Of a DNA stretch of 64,000 bases, positions 17,190 through 27,273 are shown in pieces. The position numbers and the translations under genes are program-made. Each line of letters begins with the position of its first letter. Within the stretch, counting starts at the first letter, position 1. Under the pieces are notes generated by a model. The model was not told the origin of the DNA. It was given only the letters and a program-made list of their open reading frames with translations, and did no database searches. The stretch comes from Clostridia bacterium (lineage in GTDB: Bacteria; Bacillota; Clostridia; TANB77; CAG-508), in assembly GCA_017939755.1 (NCBI GenBank), contig JAGBAJ010000038.1, positions 79,216 through 143,215 of the forward strand, read 5' to 3'.

Positions 17190-17864
17190 ATGAAGATATT
17201 AGAAAAGTTAATTTTAATTTTGTATTCGGTATTAATTTTAGTAATATCCGTTGTAGTTTGCCTAATTATCTTTAATGTAATTAATATAAATCAAATAAAA
17301 TTCTGTATTGATTATATTATAAGTGATATTGCTCTTACAATAATAGTGTTGGCTTCTTCTATTGTGTGTATGTTACTTTCGATTAAATGCTTATTTTTTA
17401 GAAAGAAAAAACAAATAAAAAAATCAACAGCAACAGATATTTTATTAGAAAATGAATCTGGTAGGTTACTAATTTCTAAAACTGCTATTGAAAATGCTGT
17501 AAAGAATATTGTTAGAGATGCAATGAAATGTGATTCAGATATAAAAACAACAGTAGATATTGATCCAGCAAACAATATTAGTATATACATAGCTGTAATG
17601 ATTGATAGTGCATTAAGGGTTAGAGACTTGACTATTGATTTACAATTAAAAATTAAAAATGACATAAAAGGAAATTTTGGATTAGAGGTTAAACAGGTAA
17701 ATATTAAAGTTGATAGTGATGAAAAGCAGATAGAAAAAATTGAAAAGCAAAACGAGAAGAAAAAAATGGATGATCTTAAGAGAATCGAAGAAGCAAAGAC
17801 AGAGAAAGTGGGCAAAATAGAAGAAAGCGTTATTGAGATAAAAAAGGATGAAGAAAACAATTAG
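17190..17864 (+). CDS. Membrane protein, AmaP-like (Asp23 membrane anchor) with K/E-rich tail
   Basis: Two N-terminal TM helices. It sits between asp23 and a DUF2273-like gene, the usual Asp23 locus architecture. Confidence 0.5.
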   Translation: MKILEKLILILYSVLILVISVVVCLIIFNVININQIKFCIDYIISDIALTIIVLASSIVCMLLSIKCLFFRKKKQIKKSTATDILLENESGRLLISKTAIENAVKNIVRDAMKCDSDIKTTVDIDPANNISIYIAVMIDSALRVRDLTIDLQLKIKNDIKGNFGLEVKQVNIKVDSDEKQIEKIEKQNEKKKMDDLKRIEEAKTEKVGKIEESVIEIKKDEENN

Positions 17865-17883
17865 ATTTTGGAGGTAATTCGCA

Positions 17884-18087
17884 ATGGATGGATTCAAAAG
17901 TTTTTTTAATAAATTTGGTGGAGCACTTATAGGAGCAATTATTGCTTTAATATTTGCGTGCACAAATTTTTATAGATTTGTTATTGCTATAGTTTTTATT
18001 GGTTTGGGTGCATGGATAGGAAATTATGTTCAAAAGAATAAGGAAATGGTTAAAGAAAAACTAAAGAACTTGATAGACAAATTGTAA
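17884..18087 (+). CDS. Small integral membrane protein (DUF2273-like)
   Basis: 67 aa with two TM segments (GALIGAIIALIFA, IAIVFIGLGAWIG). Conserved partner in Asp23 loci. Confidence 0.6.
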   Translation: MDGFKSFFNKFGGALIGAIIALIFACTNFYRFVIAIVFIGLGAWIGNYVQKNKEMVKEKLKNLIDKL

Positions 18088-18108
18088 TAAAGAGGGGAAT
18101 GTTAATTA

Positions 18109-18522
18109 ATGAATAAATCAGAAATAAGAGAAGAAATATTCAAATTAATTTATAGTTTAGAAGTTCAAAAATGTGAAAGTGAAGATCAAATAAATATTTA
18201 TTTAGAAAATAGTGGATTGTCTGATAAAGAAAAAAATAAAATTAAAGAGGATACCATAAAAATTATAGAGCTAGAGAAAGATTTAAATAATGAAATTGAA
18301 AAAAATCTTAAATCCGAGTGGAAAATTAATCGTATTTCAAAAATAAACACTACTATTTTAAAAATAGCAATATTTGAGATTACATACAAAAAGTTACCAT
18401 ATAAAATATCTATAAACGAAGCTGTAGAGCTAGCAAAGAAATATGGCGAAGACTCATCAGCATCTTTTGTTAATGGTATTTTAGCTAGTATAGTAAAGGA
18501 AAATAATCTAGCAGAAGAATAA
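18109..18522 (+). CDS. nusB: Transcription antitermination factor NusB
   Basis: [12 protein letters not shown]..., W...[40 protein letters not shown]. Confidence 0.9.
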   Translation: MNKSEIREEIFKLIYSLEVQKCESEDQINIYLENSGLSDKEKNKIKEDTIKIIELEKDLNNEIEKNLKSEWKINRISKINTTILKIAIFEITYKKLPYKISINEAVELAKKYGEDSSASFVNGILASIVKENNLAEE

Positions 18523-18534
18523 GTAAAACAAAAA

Positions 18535-18696
18535 GTTGAAAAAACAATTACAATTTTGGCTGTGTCAAATTTCTTTTAAAACATGGTTACATACAATGAG
18601 TATGTGCCCTTGCTGTTTAAATTAAATTTTCCTTACCAAAATTTAAACCTTCTTAGGCTGCTAGATTTGTACTTTGAGGAAGGAATATGATTACAT
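18535..18696 (+). repeat. Family A' MITE-like element plus SD module (copy A'1) between nusB and xseA
   Basis: GTTGAAAAAACAATTACAATTTTGGC...TACCAAAATTTAAACCTTCTTAGGC, then CTAGATTTGTACTTTGAGGAAGGAAT. Closely matches 40466-40620. Confidence 0.8.
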
Positions 18697-19887
18697 ATGG
18701 AATATAATCCAATTACAGTTACAGAGCTAAACCTATATATAAAAGAAAGATTTAGTTCAGATGAATATTTGAATAATGTACTTATAAAAGGTGAAATTTC
18801 AAATTTTAAACATCATTATACAGGTCACATGTATTTTACACTAAAAGATGAGAATTCACTAATAAAGTGTGTTATGTTTAAATCATATACTAATAATTTA
18901 AACTTTGTTCCAAAGGATGGTATGAAAGTTATTATTCTTGGAACTGTCTCTGTCTATGAAAGGGATGGAGTATATCAGATATATTGTAAGGGAATGCAAG
19001 AAGATGGACTTGGTAGTTTACATGTTGCGTATGAGGAGCTAAAGGCAAAACTAGAGAAAGAAGGCCTTTTTGACGAAGCTCATAAAAAGCCTATACCTAA
19101 AATGCCAAAATGTATTGGTGTATTAACATCTAATACAGGAGCTGTTATACGTGATATTATTAATGTATCTACAAGAAGAAATCCAAATGTAAATATAAAA
19201 TTATTACCTGTTCCTGTCCAAGGTGAAGGTGCTGCACCAAAAATAGCAAAGGCAATTAAGATTATGAATGAACTTAATATGGTGGATGTTATAATTATTG
19301 CTAGAGGTGGTGGATCATTAGAGGATCTTTGGCCATTTAATGAGGAGATTGTAGCAAGAGCTATTTATGATTCTGAGTTACCAGTAATATCAGCAGTTGG
19401 TCACGAAACGGATTTTTCTATTTCGGATTTTGTAGCTGATTTAAGAGCTCCTACACCATCAGCAGCGGCTGAACTTGCAGTTCCAAATATTTCAGATATA
19501 ATTATTAAATTAAATAATTACGATTTAAGATATAAAAATGCATTAAAAAAGAAAATAGAGGTAATGCGTTTAAGATATGAAAAATGCATGATGAATAGGG
19601 TTTTTAGAAATCCATTACAAGGAATACAAGATAGGTATGTGTACATAGATAGACTTAATAAATCAATGCAAACTAGTGTAACATCAAAGATTCATACAAG
19701 TAAAACTAAAATGGTTGAGTTGATTACTAAATTGGACAACTTAAGTCCATTAAAGACTTTAACTAGAGGGTATTCGATTTTAGAAAAGGATAAATCTGTG
19801 ATAAAATCAGTTAAAGATCTTTCTAAAGGTGATCAGATAAATATTAGATTAATAGACGGAATTGCAAAAGCTAAAATTTGTGAATAG
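18697..19887 (+). CDS. xseA: Exodeoxyribonuclease VII large subunit
   Basis: N-terminal OB fold (VLIKGEISNFKHHYTGHMYFTLKD) and the core IGVLTSNTGAVIRDI...ARGGGSLEDLWPFNEE. Confidence 0.93.
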   Translation: MEYNPITVTELNLYIKERFSSDEYLNNVLIKGEISNFKHHYTGHMYFTLKDENSLIKCVMFKSYTNNLNFVPKDGMKVIILGTVSVYERDGVYQIYCKGMQEDGLGSLHVAYEELKAKLEKEGLFDEAHKKPIPKMPKCIGVLTSNTGAVIRDIINVSTRRNPNVNIKLLPVPVQGEGAAPKIAKAIKIMNELNMVDVIIIARGGGSLEDLWPFNEEIVARAIYDSELPVISAVGHETDFSISDFVADLRAPTPSAAAELAVPNISDIIIKLNNYDLRYKNALKKKIEVMRLRYEKCMMNRVFRNPLQGIQDRYVYIDRLNKSMQTSVTSKIHTSKTKMVELITKLDNLSPLKTLTRGYSILEKDKSVIKSVKDLSKGDQINIRLIDGIAKAKICE

Positions 19888-19899
19888 GGAGGATTACAG

Positions 19900-20373
19900 A
19901 TGAATAAAAAGACAAAGGGAATTATTGCTGTTCTAGTAGCGTTAATAGTAATTATTGCTATTTTTTTATGTTATACTTATGGTTTTAATACAAATACAAA
20001 AAATTCAAATTCTGAAAATACAACAAACAATGTGGTTGAAAATAAAGTTAAGGAAAACATAGTAGAAGAAAATAAAATTGAAAATCCTATTAATAATGAA
20101 GTAAATGAAATAGTTAAGCCAGAAGAGCCTGATCCAGTTGAACCAGAAAAAGAGCCAGAGCCAGTAAATGAAAAATCCGAGATACAAACTGATAATGATG
20201 AAGATAGAGCTATTTCTATAGTAAAAAATGATTGGGGCGATTCAACTGGTGTTGCATTCAAAATTGAACATATTAATAATGATGGTTCATATGAAATTGT
20301 AGTAAGAAATGAAGATGGAATGGCTTTAGCGTGGTATACAGTAAACCCAAAGACAGGCACATTTTCAAAATAA
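19900..20373 (+). CDS. Membrane-anchored hypothetical protein with P/E-rich linker
   Basis: N-terminal TM (IIAVLVALIVIIAIFL), a PEEPDPVEPEKEPEPV linker and a small C-terminal domain. Tight spacing between xseA and xseB. Confidence 0.6.
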   Translation: MNKKTKGIIAVLVALIVIIAIFLCYTYGFNTNTKNSNSENTTNNVVENKVKENIVEENKIENPINNEVNEIVKPEEPDPVEPEKEPEPVNEKSEIQTDNDEDRAISIVKNDWGDSTGVAFKIEHINNDGSYEIVVRNEDGMALAWYTVNPKTGTFSK

Positions 20374-20406
20374 TAGATTCAAAATAATAGAGAGGAGCTT
20401 ATTGTT

Positions 20407-20649
20407 ATGGGCAACAAAAATGATGATATAAACTTTGAAGAGGCAATGAAAAAGCTAGAAAGCATTGCTAATCAATTAGAGCAAAATGATTTAGAGCTAG
20501 ATGAATCCGTGAAGGTATTTGAAGAAGGAATGAATTTATCAAAAAAATGTAGTGAAATTTTGGAAAATGCCGAAAAGAAGATTACTATACTTTTAAATGA
20601 TGGAAAAGATAATTTTTCAGAAGAAAGTTTTGATGCAAATCAGGCATAG
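20407..20649 (+). CDS. xseB: Exodeoxyribonuclease VII small subunit
   Basis: 80 aa. FEEAMKKLESIANQLEQNDLELDESVKVFEEGMNLSKKC is typical of XseB. Confidence 0.9.
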   Translation: MGNKNDDINFEEAMKKLESIANQLEQNDLELDESVKVFEEGMNLSKKCSEILENAEKKITILLNDGKDNFSEESFDANQA

Positions 20650-20672
20650 CATATATAATAGAGAGGTATATT

Positions 20673-21110
20673 ATGGAAGAATTTTTGGGGGATTATAAGT
20701 TTATAATTGTACCACTTATTTTATGGTTTTTTATACAATGTTTTAAGGTTATTTGGGATCTTATAGCTACAAAAAAGCTTAATTTTAAAAGAATTATGGG
20801 GGCAGGTGGAATGCCAAGCTCTCATACCGCTGTTGTTACATCTTTAGCAACAATGATAGCTAAGGAGAATGGATTAGAGTCTCCAATTTTTGCATTATCT
20901 TTTGCTTTTGCTTGTGTTGTAATGTACGATGCAACAGGTGTAAGAAGAGCTGCAGGAAAACAGGCTCAACTACTAAATAAAATTGTTGAAACCCCTGGAT
21001 TAACTGGATTGGAAGTTAAAGAGCGATTAGTAGAAGTATTAGGACATACTCCAATTCAGGTATTTGTGGGAGCTATTATTGGCATATTGGCAGGATTTTT
21101 TGCTGTGTAA
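20673..21110 (+). CDS. Divergent PAP2 / DUF212 membrane protein (acid phosphatase/vanadium haloperoxidase-related)
   Basis: GGMPSSHTA motif and 4 TM segments. Confidence 0.8.
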   Translation: MEEFLGDYKFIIVPLILWFFIQCFKVIWDLIATKKLNFKRIMGAGGMPSSHTAVVTSLATMIAKENGLESPIFALSFAFACVVMYDATGVRRAAGKQAQLLNKIVETPGLTGLEVKERLVEVLGHTPIQVFVGAIIGILAGFFAV

Positions 21111-21134
21111 TAATAAAAAGTAGGAGGAGATATA

Positions 21135-22796
21135 ATGGAAGATATTGAAATAGCAAAAATGACTGAAATAAAAAATATAAATGAAATTGCTAATAAACTA
21201 GGAATAAGAGAAGAGCTTATTGAGCAATATGGAAAGTATAAGGCTAAAATAGATTTAAAAATAAACAAAGAATTAGAAAATAGACAAAATGGCAAATTAG
21301 TACTTGTAACTGCAATTAATCCAACGCCACTAGGAGAAGGAAAAACAACAATAAGCATTGGACTTACTGACGCACTAAATAAAATTGGAAAAAATGCTGT
21401 AGGAGTATTAAGGGAACCTTCACTTGGTCCTGTTTTTGGAATTAAGGGTGGCGCAACTGGAGGTGGATATTCTCAAGTAATTCCTATGGAAGATATAAAT
21501 ATACATTTTACGGGGGATATTCATGCTATTACAGCAGCTAATAATTTACTTTCTGCAATGATTGATAATCATATTTATTCAGGAAATGAATTAAAAATAA
21601 AAAACGTAACTTGGAAAAGATGTATGGATTTAAATGATAGGCAACTAAGAAAAATAAATACAGGACTATCAGGAGAAAAAAATACAAAAGAGCGTGTAGA
21701 TGGATTTGATATTACTGTAGCGTCAGAAATAATGGCAATTGTATGTTTGTCAAAGGATTTAGAAGATTTAAAAAGAAGAATATCAAACATTATTATTGGA
21801 TACAATGAAGATAACCAGAAGGTAACTGCAAAAGATATTAAAGCTGAGGGAGCTATGACAGTGCTTCTAAAAGATGCGATAAAACCAAATTTAGTCCAAA
21901 CTCTAGAGCATAATCCTGTGTTAATGCATGGTGGACCTTTTGCTAACATAGCTCATGGATGCAATAGCATAATTGCAACTAAAATGGGACTAAAACTTGG
22001 TGACTATGTTGTTACAGAAGCTGGATTTGGTGCAGACTTGGGAGCAGAAAAATTTTTAGATATTAAAACCAGAGCCGCAGGTGTTATTCCAAATGTTGTT
22101 GTTTGTGTGGCGACAATTAAAGCACTGAAATATCATGGAGGAATGGATATAAAGGAAATATCTACAGAGAGCATTGATTATCTAAAAAAGGGAACAGACA
22201 ATTTATTGAAGCACATAAGTAATATAAAAAATGTTTATGGTATTAATGCTGTAGTTGCCATCAATAAATTTAATATCGATACTGAAAATGAAATTAACTG
22301 CCTAAAGGAAATTTTAGATAGAAATAATATTGAAATGAGTTTAGTTGAATGTTGGGGAAGAGGTAGCGAAGGCGCAGTAGAGCTAGCAAACAAAGTCGTT
22401 GGCTTAGCAGAGAATAATGGAAATATAAATTATCCATATGATTTAAGCGATTCATTTAAAACCAAGATAGAAAGTATTGCAACAAAAATATATGGTGCAA
22501 CAAAGGTTGTATACACTGAAATTGCAGAAGAAAAGATACGAAAATTTGAAAATATGGGATATGGAAAATTACCTATATGTATATCAAAAACTCAATACTC
22601 ATTTTCAGATGATCCTAAGAATTTGTTGTGTGATAAGCCGTTTGATATTACAGTACGTGACGTGGAAATTAAAGCTGGTGCAGAATTTTTAGTTGTGTAT
22701 ACAGGTAATGTAATTACAATGCCAGGACTTCCCAAAGTACCAGCAGCCGAAAAGATAGATATTGATAATAATGGAAATATTGTGGGATTATTTTAA
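21135..22796 (+). CDS. fhs: Formate--tetrahydrofolate ligase
   Basis: PTPLGEGKTT P-loop, GGGYSQVIPMEDINIHFTGD, full length 553 aa. Confidence 0.95.
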   Translation: MEDIEIAKMTEIKNINEIANKLGIREELIEQYGKYKAKIDLKINKELENRQNGKLVLVTAINPTPLGEGKTTISIGLTDALNKIGKNAVGVLREPSLGPVFGIKGGATGGGYSQVIPMEDINIHFTGDIHAITAANNLLSAMIDNHIYSGNELKIKNVTWKRCMDLNDRQLRKINTGLSGEKNTKERVDGFDITVASEIMAIVCLSKDLEDLKRRISNIIIGYNEDNQKVTAKDIKAEGAMTVLLKDAIKPNLVQTLEHNPVLMHGGPFANIAHGCNSIIATKMGLKLGDYVVTEAGFGADLGAEKFLDIKTRAAGVIPNVVVCVATIKALKYHGGMDIKEISTESIDYLKKGTDNLLKHISNIKNVYGINAVVAINKFNIDTENEINCLKEILDRNNIEMSLVECWGRGSEGAVELANKVVGLAENNGNINYPYDLSDSFKTKIESIATKIYGATKVVYTEIAEEKIRKFENMGYGKLPICISKTQYSFSDDPKNLLCDKPFDITVRDVEIKAGAEFLVVYTGNVITMPGLPKVPAAEKIDIDNNGNIVGLF

Positions 22797-22853
22797 AAGA
22801 TGAATAAATCAGCTCTATTTGGAAATGATAAAACCAAATGGGGTGATTTTTTT

Positions 22854-23540
22854 ATGAAAAGAAGTAATAAGAAGAAAATTATAGTGCTATCACTAATAGT
22901 ATTAGTAGTAATGGTAGTAAATATTGTCATATTTATAAAGGAGAGCTATGCTCTATCAAAATATGGTTCGAGAGGTAGCGAGGTTACAACTATACAGACT
23001 AAACTTAAAAGATGGGGATACTATACAGGCGTAATTGATGGTATTTTTGGATCTCAAACATTAAATGCTGTAAAGAAATTCCAAAGCAAAAATGGATTAA
23101 CTCCTGATGGTATAGCAGGTACTCAAACTTTAAATGCAATGGGAATAATGAATTCATCAAATTCAAGTAATTCGAGTTCAAGTGCAAATTCTTCGGATTT
23201 AAATTTACTAGCAAGAGCTGTGTATGCAGAAGCAAGAGGAGAGGTATATGAAGGACAGGTTGCTATTGCTGCTGTTATACTAAATAGGGTTAGAAATAGC
23301 TCTTTTCCAAATTCAGTTGCAGGAGTAATATATCAACCTGGAGCTTTTACTGCCGTATCGGATGGTCAGATTAATTTAACTCCAAATGCAACAGCTAAAA
23401 AAGCTGCACAAGATGCTTTAAATGGGTGGGATCCAACATATGGATGTATATATTACTTTAATCCAAATACTGCAACAAGTGGTTGGATATGGTCAAGACC
23501 ATATGTCCTTACAATTGGAAAACACAGATTCTGTAGATAA
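22854..23540 (+). CDS. sleB: Spore cortex-lytic enzyme SleB-like (PG_binding_1 + Hydrolase_2)
   Basis: Signal/TM segment, then GSEVTTIQTKLKRWGYYTGVIDGIFGSQTLNAVKKFQ (peptidoglycan-binding repeat) and LLARAVYAEARGE...AVILNRV (CwlJ/SleB hydrolase). ATG at 22854 after GGGGTGA. Confidence 0.85.
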   Translation: MKRSNKKKIIVLSLIVLVVMVVNIVIFIKESYALSKYGSRGSEVTTIQTKLKRWGYYTGVIDGIFGSQTLNAVKKFQSKNGLTPDGIAGTQTLNAMGIMNSSNSSNSSSSANSSDLNLLARAVYAEARGEVYEGQVAIAAVILNRVRNSSFPNSVAGVIYQPGAFTAVSDGQINLTPNATAKKAAQDALNGWDPTYGCIYYFNPNTATSGWIWSRPYVLTIGKHRFCR

Positions 23541-23574
23541 CATGTCAGCCTAAAATCAAAATAAGCCGTAAAGA

Positions 23575-23656
23575 TAGAAAATATTAAATTTTATTCCACT
23601 CCTCGGCTGTCGCTGTTCGCTCGGCATTCGTCATTTCATAAAATTTAATATTTTCT
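23575..23656. repeat. Isolated 20-bp inverted repeat with G+C-rich 43-nt loop
   Basis: TAGAAAATATTAAATTTTAT (23575-23594) and ATAAAATTTAATATTTTCTA (23638-23657) enclose TCCACTCCTCGGCTGTCGCTGTTCGCTCGGCATTCGTCATTTC. Confidence 0.7.
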
Positions 23657-23758
23657 ACTTTACTACTCTACTTTTAGTAGACTTATTCTATCTTGTATTT
23701 TTGGTTGACAAATTTGGCATATATTGATAAGATAAATGCGATAAAATGAGGTGAAAAA

Positions 23759-24265
23759 ATGATATTATATCCAGATTTATATTGCGAAGGAGTAACTGCA
23801 GTAACTATAGAAATACTTAGGCAGCATAATATCAAAGGTCTAATATTAGATATAGACAATACATTAATAGATTATGACAGAAATATGGATGAGAAAATAA
23901 AATTATGGGTCAATGAACTTAAAGAAAAAGGCATTAAATTTTGTATAGTTTCAAATACAAATAAAGTTGATAAGGTAAAAAAAGTATCAGAGGATTTAGA
24001 TATTCCATATTTTTATTTTGCAAAAAAGCCATTTAAAAAAGGATTTCTGAAAGCAAAGGAATTAATGGGTCTTGAAAGCAGGAACATAGCTGCTATTGGA
24101 GATCAAATTGCAACAGATATATTAGGTGCAAATAGATGTGGAATGTTTTCTATTTTAGTTAAACCTATAAGTGAAAAAGATATTTTTATGACAAAAGTTA
24201 AAAGACCGATAGAAAAAATTATTATAAACAGATATTTATCAAAGTCGAAGAAAGAGAAGGTATAG
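23759..24265 (+). CDS. yqeG: YqeG-family HAD-IIIA phosphatase
   Basis: LILDIDNTL (DxDxT), IVSNT, GDQIATDILGANRCG. Confidence 0.85.
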   Translation: MILYPDLYCEGVTAVTIEILRQHNIKGLILDIDNTLIDYDRNMDEKIKLWVNELKEKGIKFCIVSNTNKVDKVKKVSEDLDIPYFYFAKKPFKKGFLKAKELMGLESRNIAAIGDQIATDILGANRCGMFSILVKPISEKDIFMTKVKRPIEKIIINRYLSKSKKEKV

Positions 24266-24266
24266 A

Positions 24267-25013
24267 ATGTATATAAATGATATTAATATAATTGCGTATG
24301 TAATTGTAGCAGTATTAGGGGCAATTGCAGGAGAAATAACGGATGTTTTAAATTACTTTTTACCAAAACATAAAAAGATATTTTCTATAGAGAATTTTAA
24401 AGAATACTTACATAGTGCAACGCCGAAGTATTTGTTAATGGTAATACATATTTTGATTTATATAGGAATATTATGTAGATATGGAACTAGTGATATTAAT
24501 ACAATAAAATATATGGTACTTACGCCACTTATAGTATCTGCGTTTTATATTGATTATAAAAAACAAATTATTCCAAATAGACTCACTCTTACCATATTTG
24601 AAACGGGTATGATTTTTACATTTTTACAGGGAATATCAAATTTGAATGTTGCTGTAAGTATGTTTCAAGGTATGATTATAGGATGCCTTATATTTCTTAT
24701 ATTAACTATCCTAGGAGGAATAGTATTTGGTAAAGAGACGATGGGATTTGGCGACGTTAAAATGATGGGAGCTCTTGGCCTATATATAGGATTCCAAGGT
24801 ATTATAGCAGTAGCTATATTAGCATTTTTAATAGCCGCAGTATTTAGTATTTTATTATTAATTAAACAAAAAATTGCACATAAAGAGCTAGTAGAATACA
24901 TAGCATTTGGACCATTTATTGTAATAGCAACATTTTTGGTAATATTTGTGCCACTTGATATTTTAATGGTATTACCATTTATTATTTTTTCATTTGGAAG
25001 ATATGGAGTATAA
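24267..25013 (+). CDS. Prepilin peptidase (A24 family)
   Basis: Polytopic membrane protein with GFGDVKMMGALG, which contains the catalytic Asp motif. Confidence 0.8.
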   Translation: MYINDINIIAYVIVAVLGAIAGEITDVLNYFLPKHKKIFSIENFKEYLHSATPKYLLMVIHILIYIGILCRYGTSDINTIKYMVLTPLIVSAFYIDYKKQIIPNRLTLTIFETGMIFTFLQGISNLNVAVSMFQGMIIGCLIFLILTILGGIVFGKETMGFGDVKMMGALGLYIGFQGIIAVAILAFLIAAVFSILLLIKQKIAHKELVEYIAFGPFIVIATFLVIFVPLDILMVLPFIIFSFGRYGV

Positions 25014-25033
25014 AGAATTGAGGGGATGTGTTT

Positions 25034-26095
25034 ATGAACGAAAAAATAAAATGGCTTAGAAATAAACTGCTAGGATTAAATATGCAGGGCATGATAATTA
25101 CTAATCCTGTTAATATAAGATATTTAACAGGAATTAATGCGGAAGGTATATTCATAATTACAAGAAAAGAAAATATATTTATAACGGATAGTAGATATAT
25201 AGAGCATGTGAATGCAATATTAACAATAGAAGACGGCATTATAGTAGCAAATATAAAAGATTTATCACTAGAAGATTATGAGAATTTCTTTATATTTTGT
25301 GAGAATGTTGGATTTGAAGAATCGCATCTAACATATGCAAAGTACAAAGAATATATGCATAAATTCAAAATTAATAATTTTGAAGAAACAGAAGGTTTTA
25401 TTGAGAAGCAAAGAATGATTAAAGAGCCTGAAGAAATTGAAAACATAAAAAGAGCATGCAAAATTACAGATGATTGTTTCGAGTATTTAAAAACATATAT
25501 AAAAATAGGAATGTCAGAGAAGCAAATTGCAGCAGAAATAGAGAGATTTTTTCTTGAAAATGGAGCAGATGATGTAGCCTTTGAAACAATAGTAGCATCA
25601 GGAAAAAATTCATCAATGCCACATGCTGTACCAACAGATAAATTAATCGAACCGGGAGATCCAATAACAATAGATATGGGGTGTAAAGTTAATGGATATT
25701 GTTCAGATATGACAAGAACAATATTTGCTGGATTTGTACCACAAAATATCAAACCAGTATATGATTTAGTTTTGAAAAATCAAATACAAGTTATAGAGAT
25801 GTTAAAAGAAGGATCAAATATGAGGAATATATCAAAAATGGTAGATGGGAACATCAAACTTAATGGTTTTGAGGTAATGCATAGCTTAGGCCATGGTGTT
25901 GGATTAGATATACATGAGTATCCATTCTTTAGTAATAACGTAGATTTTTTATTAAAAGAAAATATGGTTATTACAGACGAACCAGGTATTTATATTCAAA
26001 ATAAATTTGGAGTTAGAATAGAAGATACACTATTAATTAATAAATATTCGGCGACTCCACTAACAAAATCAGATAAAAAGTATGTTGTAATATAA
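25034..26095 (+). CDS. M24-family Xaa-Pro aminopeptidase/dipeptidase
   Basis: Creatinase-like N-domain, then the metal ligands ...DMGCKVNGYCSDMTRT, HSLGHGVGLDIHE, EPGIY, RIED. Confidence 0.88.
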   Translation: MNEKIKWLRNKLLGLNMQGMIITNPVNIRYLTGINAEGIFIITRKENIFITDSRYIEHVNAILTIEDGIIVANIKDLSLEDYENFFIFCENVGFEESHLTYAKYKEYMHKFKINNFEETEGFIEKQRMIKEPEEIENIKRACKITDDCFEYLKTYIKIGMSEKQIAAEIERFFLENGADDVAFETIVASGKNSSMPHAVPTDKLIEPGDPITIDMGCKVNGYCSDMTRTIFAGFVPQNIKPVYDLVLKNQIQVIEMLKEGSNMRNISKMVDGNIKLNGFEVMHSLGHGVGLDIHEYPFFSNNVDFLLKENMVITDEPGIYIQNKFGVRIEDTLLINKYSATPLTKSDKKYVVI

Positions 26096-26177
26096 CGTAA
26101 CTATTGATTTTTCAAACAAAATGGTGTATTATATATAAATATGTAATAAGAAAAAATAAATCAAGGAGGATTTTATA

Positions 26178-26744
26178 ATGGCAGAAGTATATATGGCAGG
26201 AGATTTAAGAAATGGAACAACATTTGAATTAGATGGAAACGTAATGAAGGTTGTTGAATTCCAACATGTAAAACCAGGTAAAGGAGCTGCTTTCGTAAGA
26301 ACAAAATTAAAAAATGTTATATCAGGAGCAGTTATTGAAAAAACATTTAATCCATCAGAGAAATTCCCAGGAGCAGAAATAGAAAAAAGAGAAATGCAAT
26401 ATTTATATAATGATGATTCATTATACTATTTTATGGATAATGAAACATACGAGCAAATGCCACTAAACAAAGAACAATTGGGTGATAGTTTAAAATTCAT
26501 TAAAGAGAATATGAATGTTAAAATATTATCATACAAAGGAAATGTATTTGCTGTTGAGCCACCAATGTTTGTTGAGCTTGCAGTAACATATACTGAACCA
26601 GGATTTTCTGGAAATACAACTACAACATCTGGAAAACCAGCTACATTAGAAAATGGTTATGAAGTATCAGTTCCACTATTCGTTAACATTGGAGATGTTA
26701 TAAAAATTGATACAAGAACTGGCGAATATATGGAAAGAGTTTAA
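26178..26744 (+). CDS. efp: Elongation factor P
   Basis: [15 protein letters not shown]...[21 protein letters not shown] lies 8 nt upstream of the ATG. Confidence 0.95.
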   Translation: MAEVYMAGDLRNGTTFELDGNVMKVVEFQHVKPGKGAAFVRTKLKNVISGAVIEKTFNPSEKFPGAEIEKREMQYLYNDDSLYYFMDNETYEQMPLNKEQLGDSLKFIKENMNVKILSYKGNVFAVEPPMFVELAVTYTEPGFSGNTTTTSGKPATLENGYEVSVPLFVNIGDVIKIDTRTGEYMERV

Positions 26745-26761
26745 TTTGAAAGGGTATTTTA

Positions 26762-27241
26762 ATGTCTGAATTAAGTAATAAATATCGAGAGATTATGAAT
26801 GAACTCGATGAAAAAATTACAGATAAAAAGCAATTAGATTTTGTTAAGAGCAAATTATCTGAGATTTCTATAATTTTTGTTGATATTATTGATAGAATGA
26901 GCGAAATAGTTGAGGATAAAGTTTTTGATATTGAAAAAGGACAAAAAAACATAGAAAGTAGATTGACAAAAATACAAAATGTAATTGATTCAATTGAGAG
27001 CGACATATACGAGGAAAATGTAGAAACTGAAATTGTTTGTCCATATTGTAATAGTGAATTTTTAGCAGTTATAGGCGATGAGGAAGAAAATGAAATTGAA
27101 TGTCCAGATTGCCATAATATTATAGAGCTAGATATGACTTCTGATAATTCTGCTGATGATTTTAAGACTTGCACAGGTGGATGTCAATGCAGTGGAAGTT
27201 GCTCAAATAAAAAATTGAATAATGAAGATGATGATATGTAG
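26762..27241 (+). CDS. Hypothetical zinc-ribbon protein with acidic, Cys-rich tail
   Basis: CPYCNSEF...CPDCHN (CxxC-N20-CxxC) and a C-terminal CTGGCQCSGSC. It follows efp. Confidence 0.6.
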   Translation: MSELSNKYREIMNELDEKITDKKQLDFVKSKLSEISIIFVDIIDRMSEIVEDKVFDIEKGQKNIESRLTKIQNVIDSIESDIYEENVETEIVCPYCNSEFLAVIGDEEENEIECPDCHNIIELDMTSDNSADDFKTCTGGCQCSGSCSNKKLNNEDDDM

Positions 27242-27273
27242 AGATAAGGTTAAATCTTATCTCTCTTTTCTTA

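Noticed and set aside
22477-22692. Alternative-frame ORF inside fhs.
   Set aside because: It lies entirely within the conserved formate-tetrahydrofolate ligase frame and has no independent signals.
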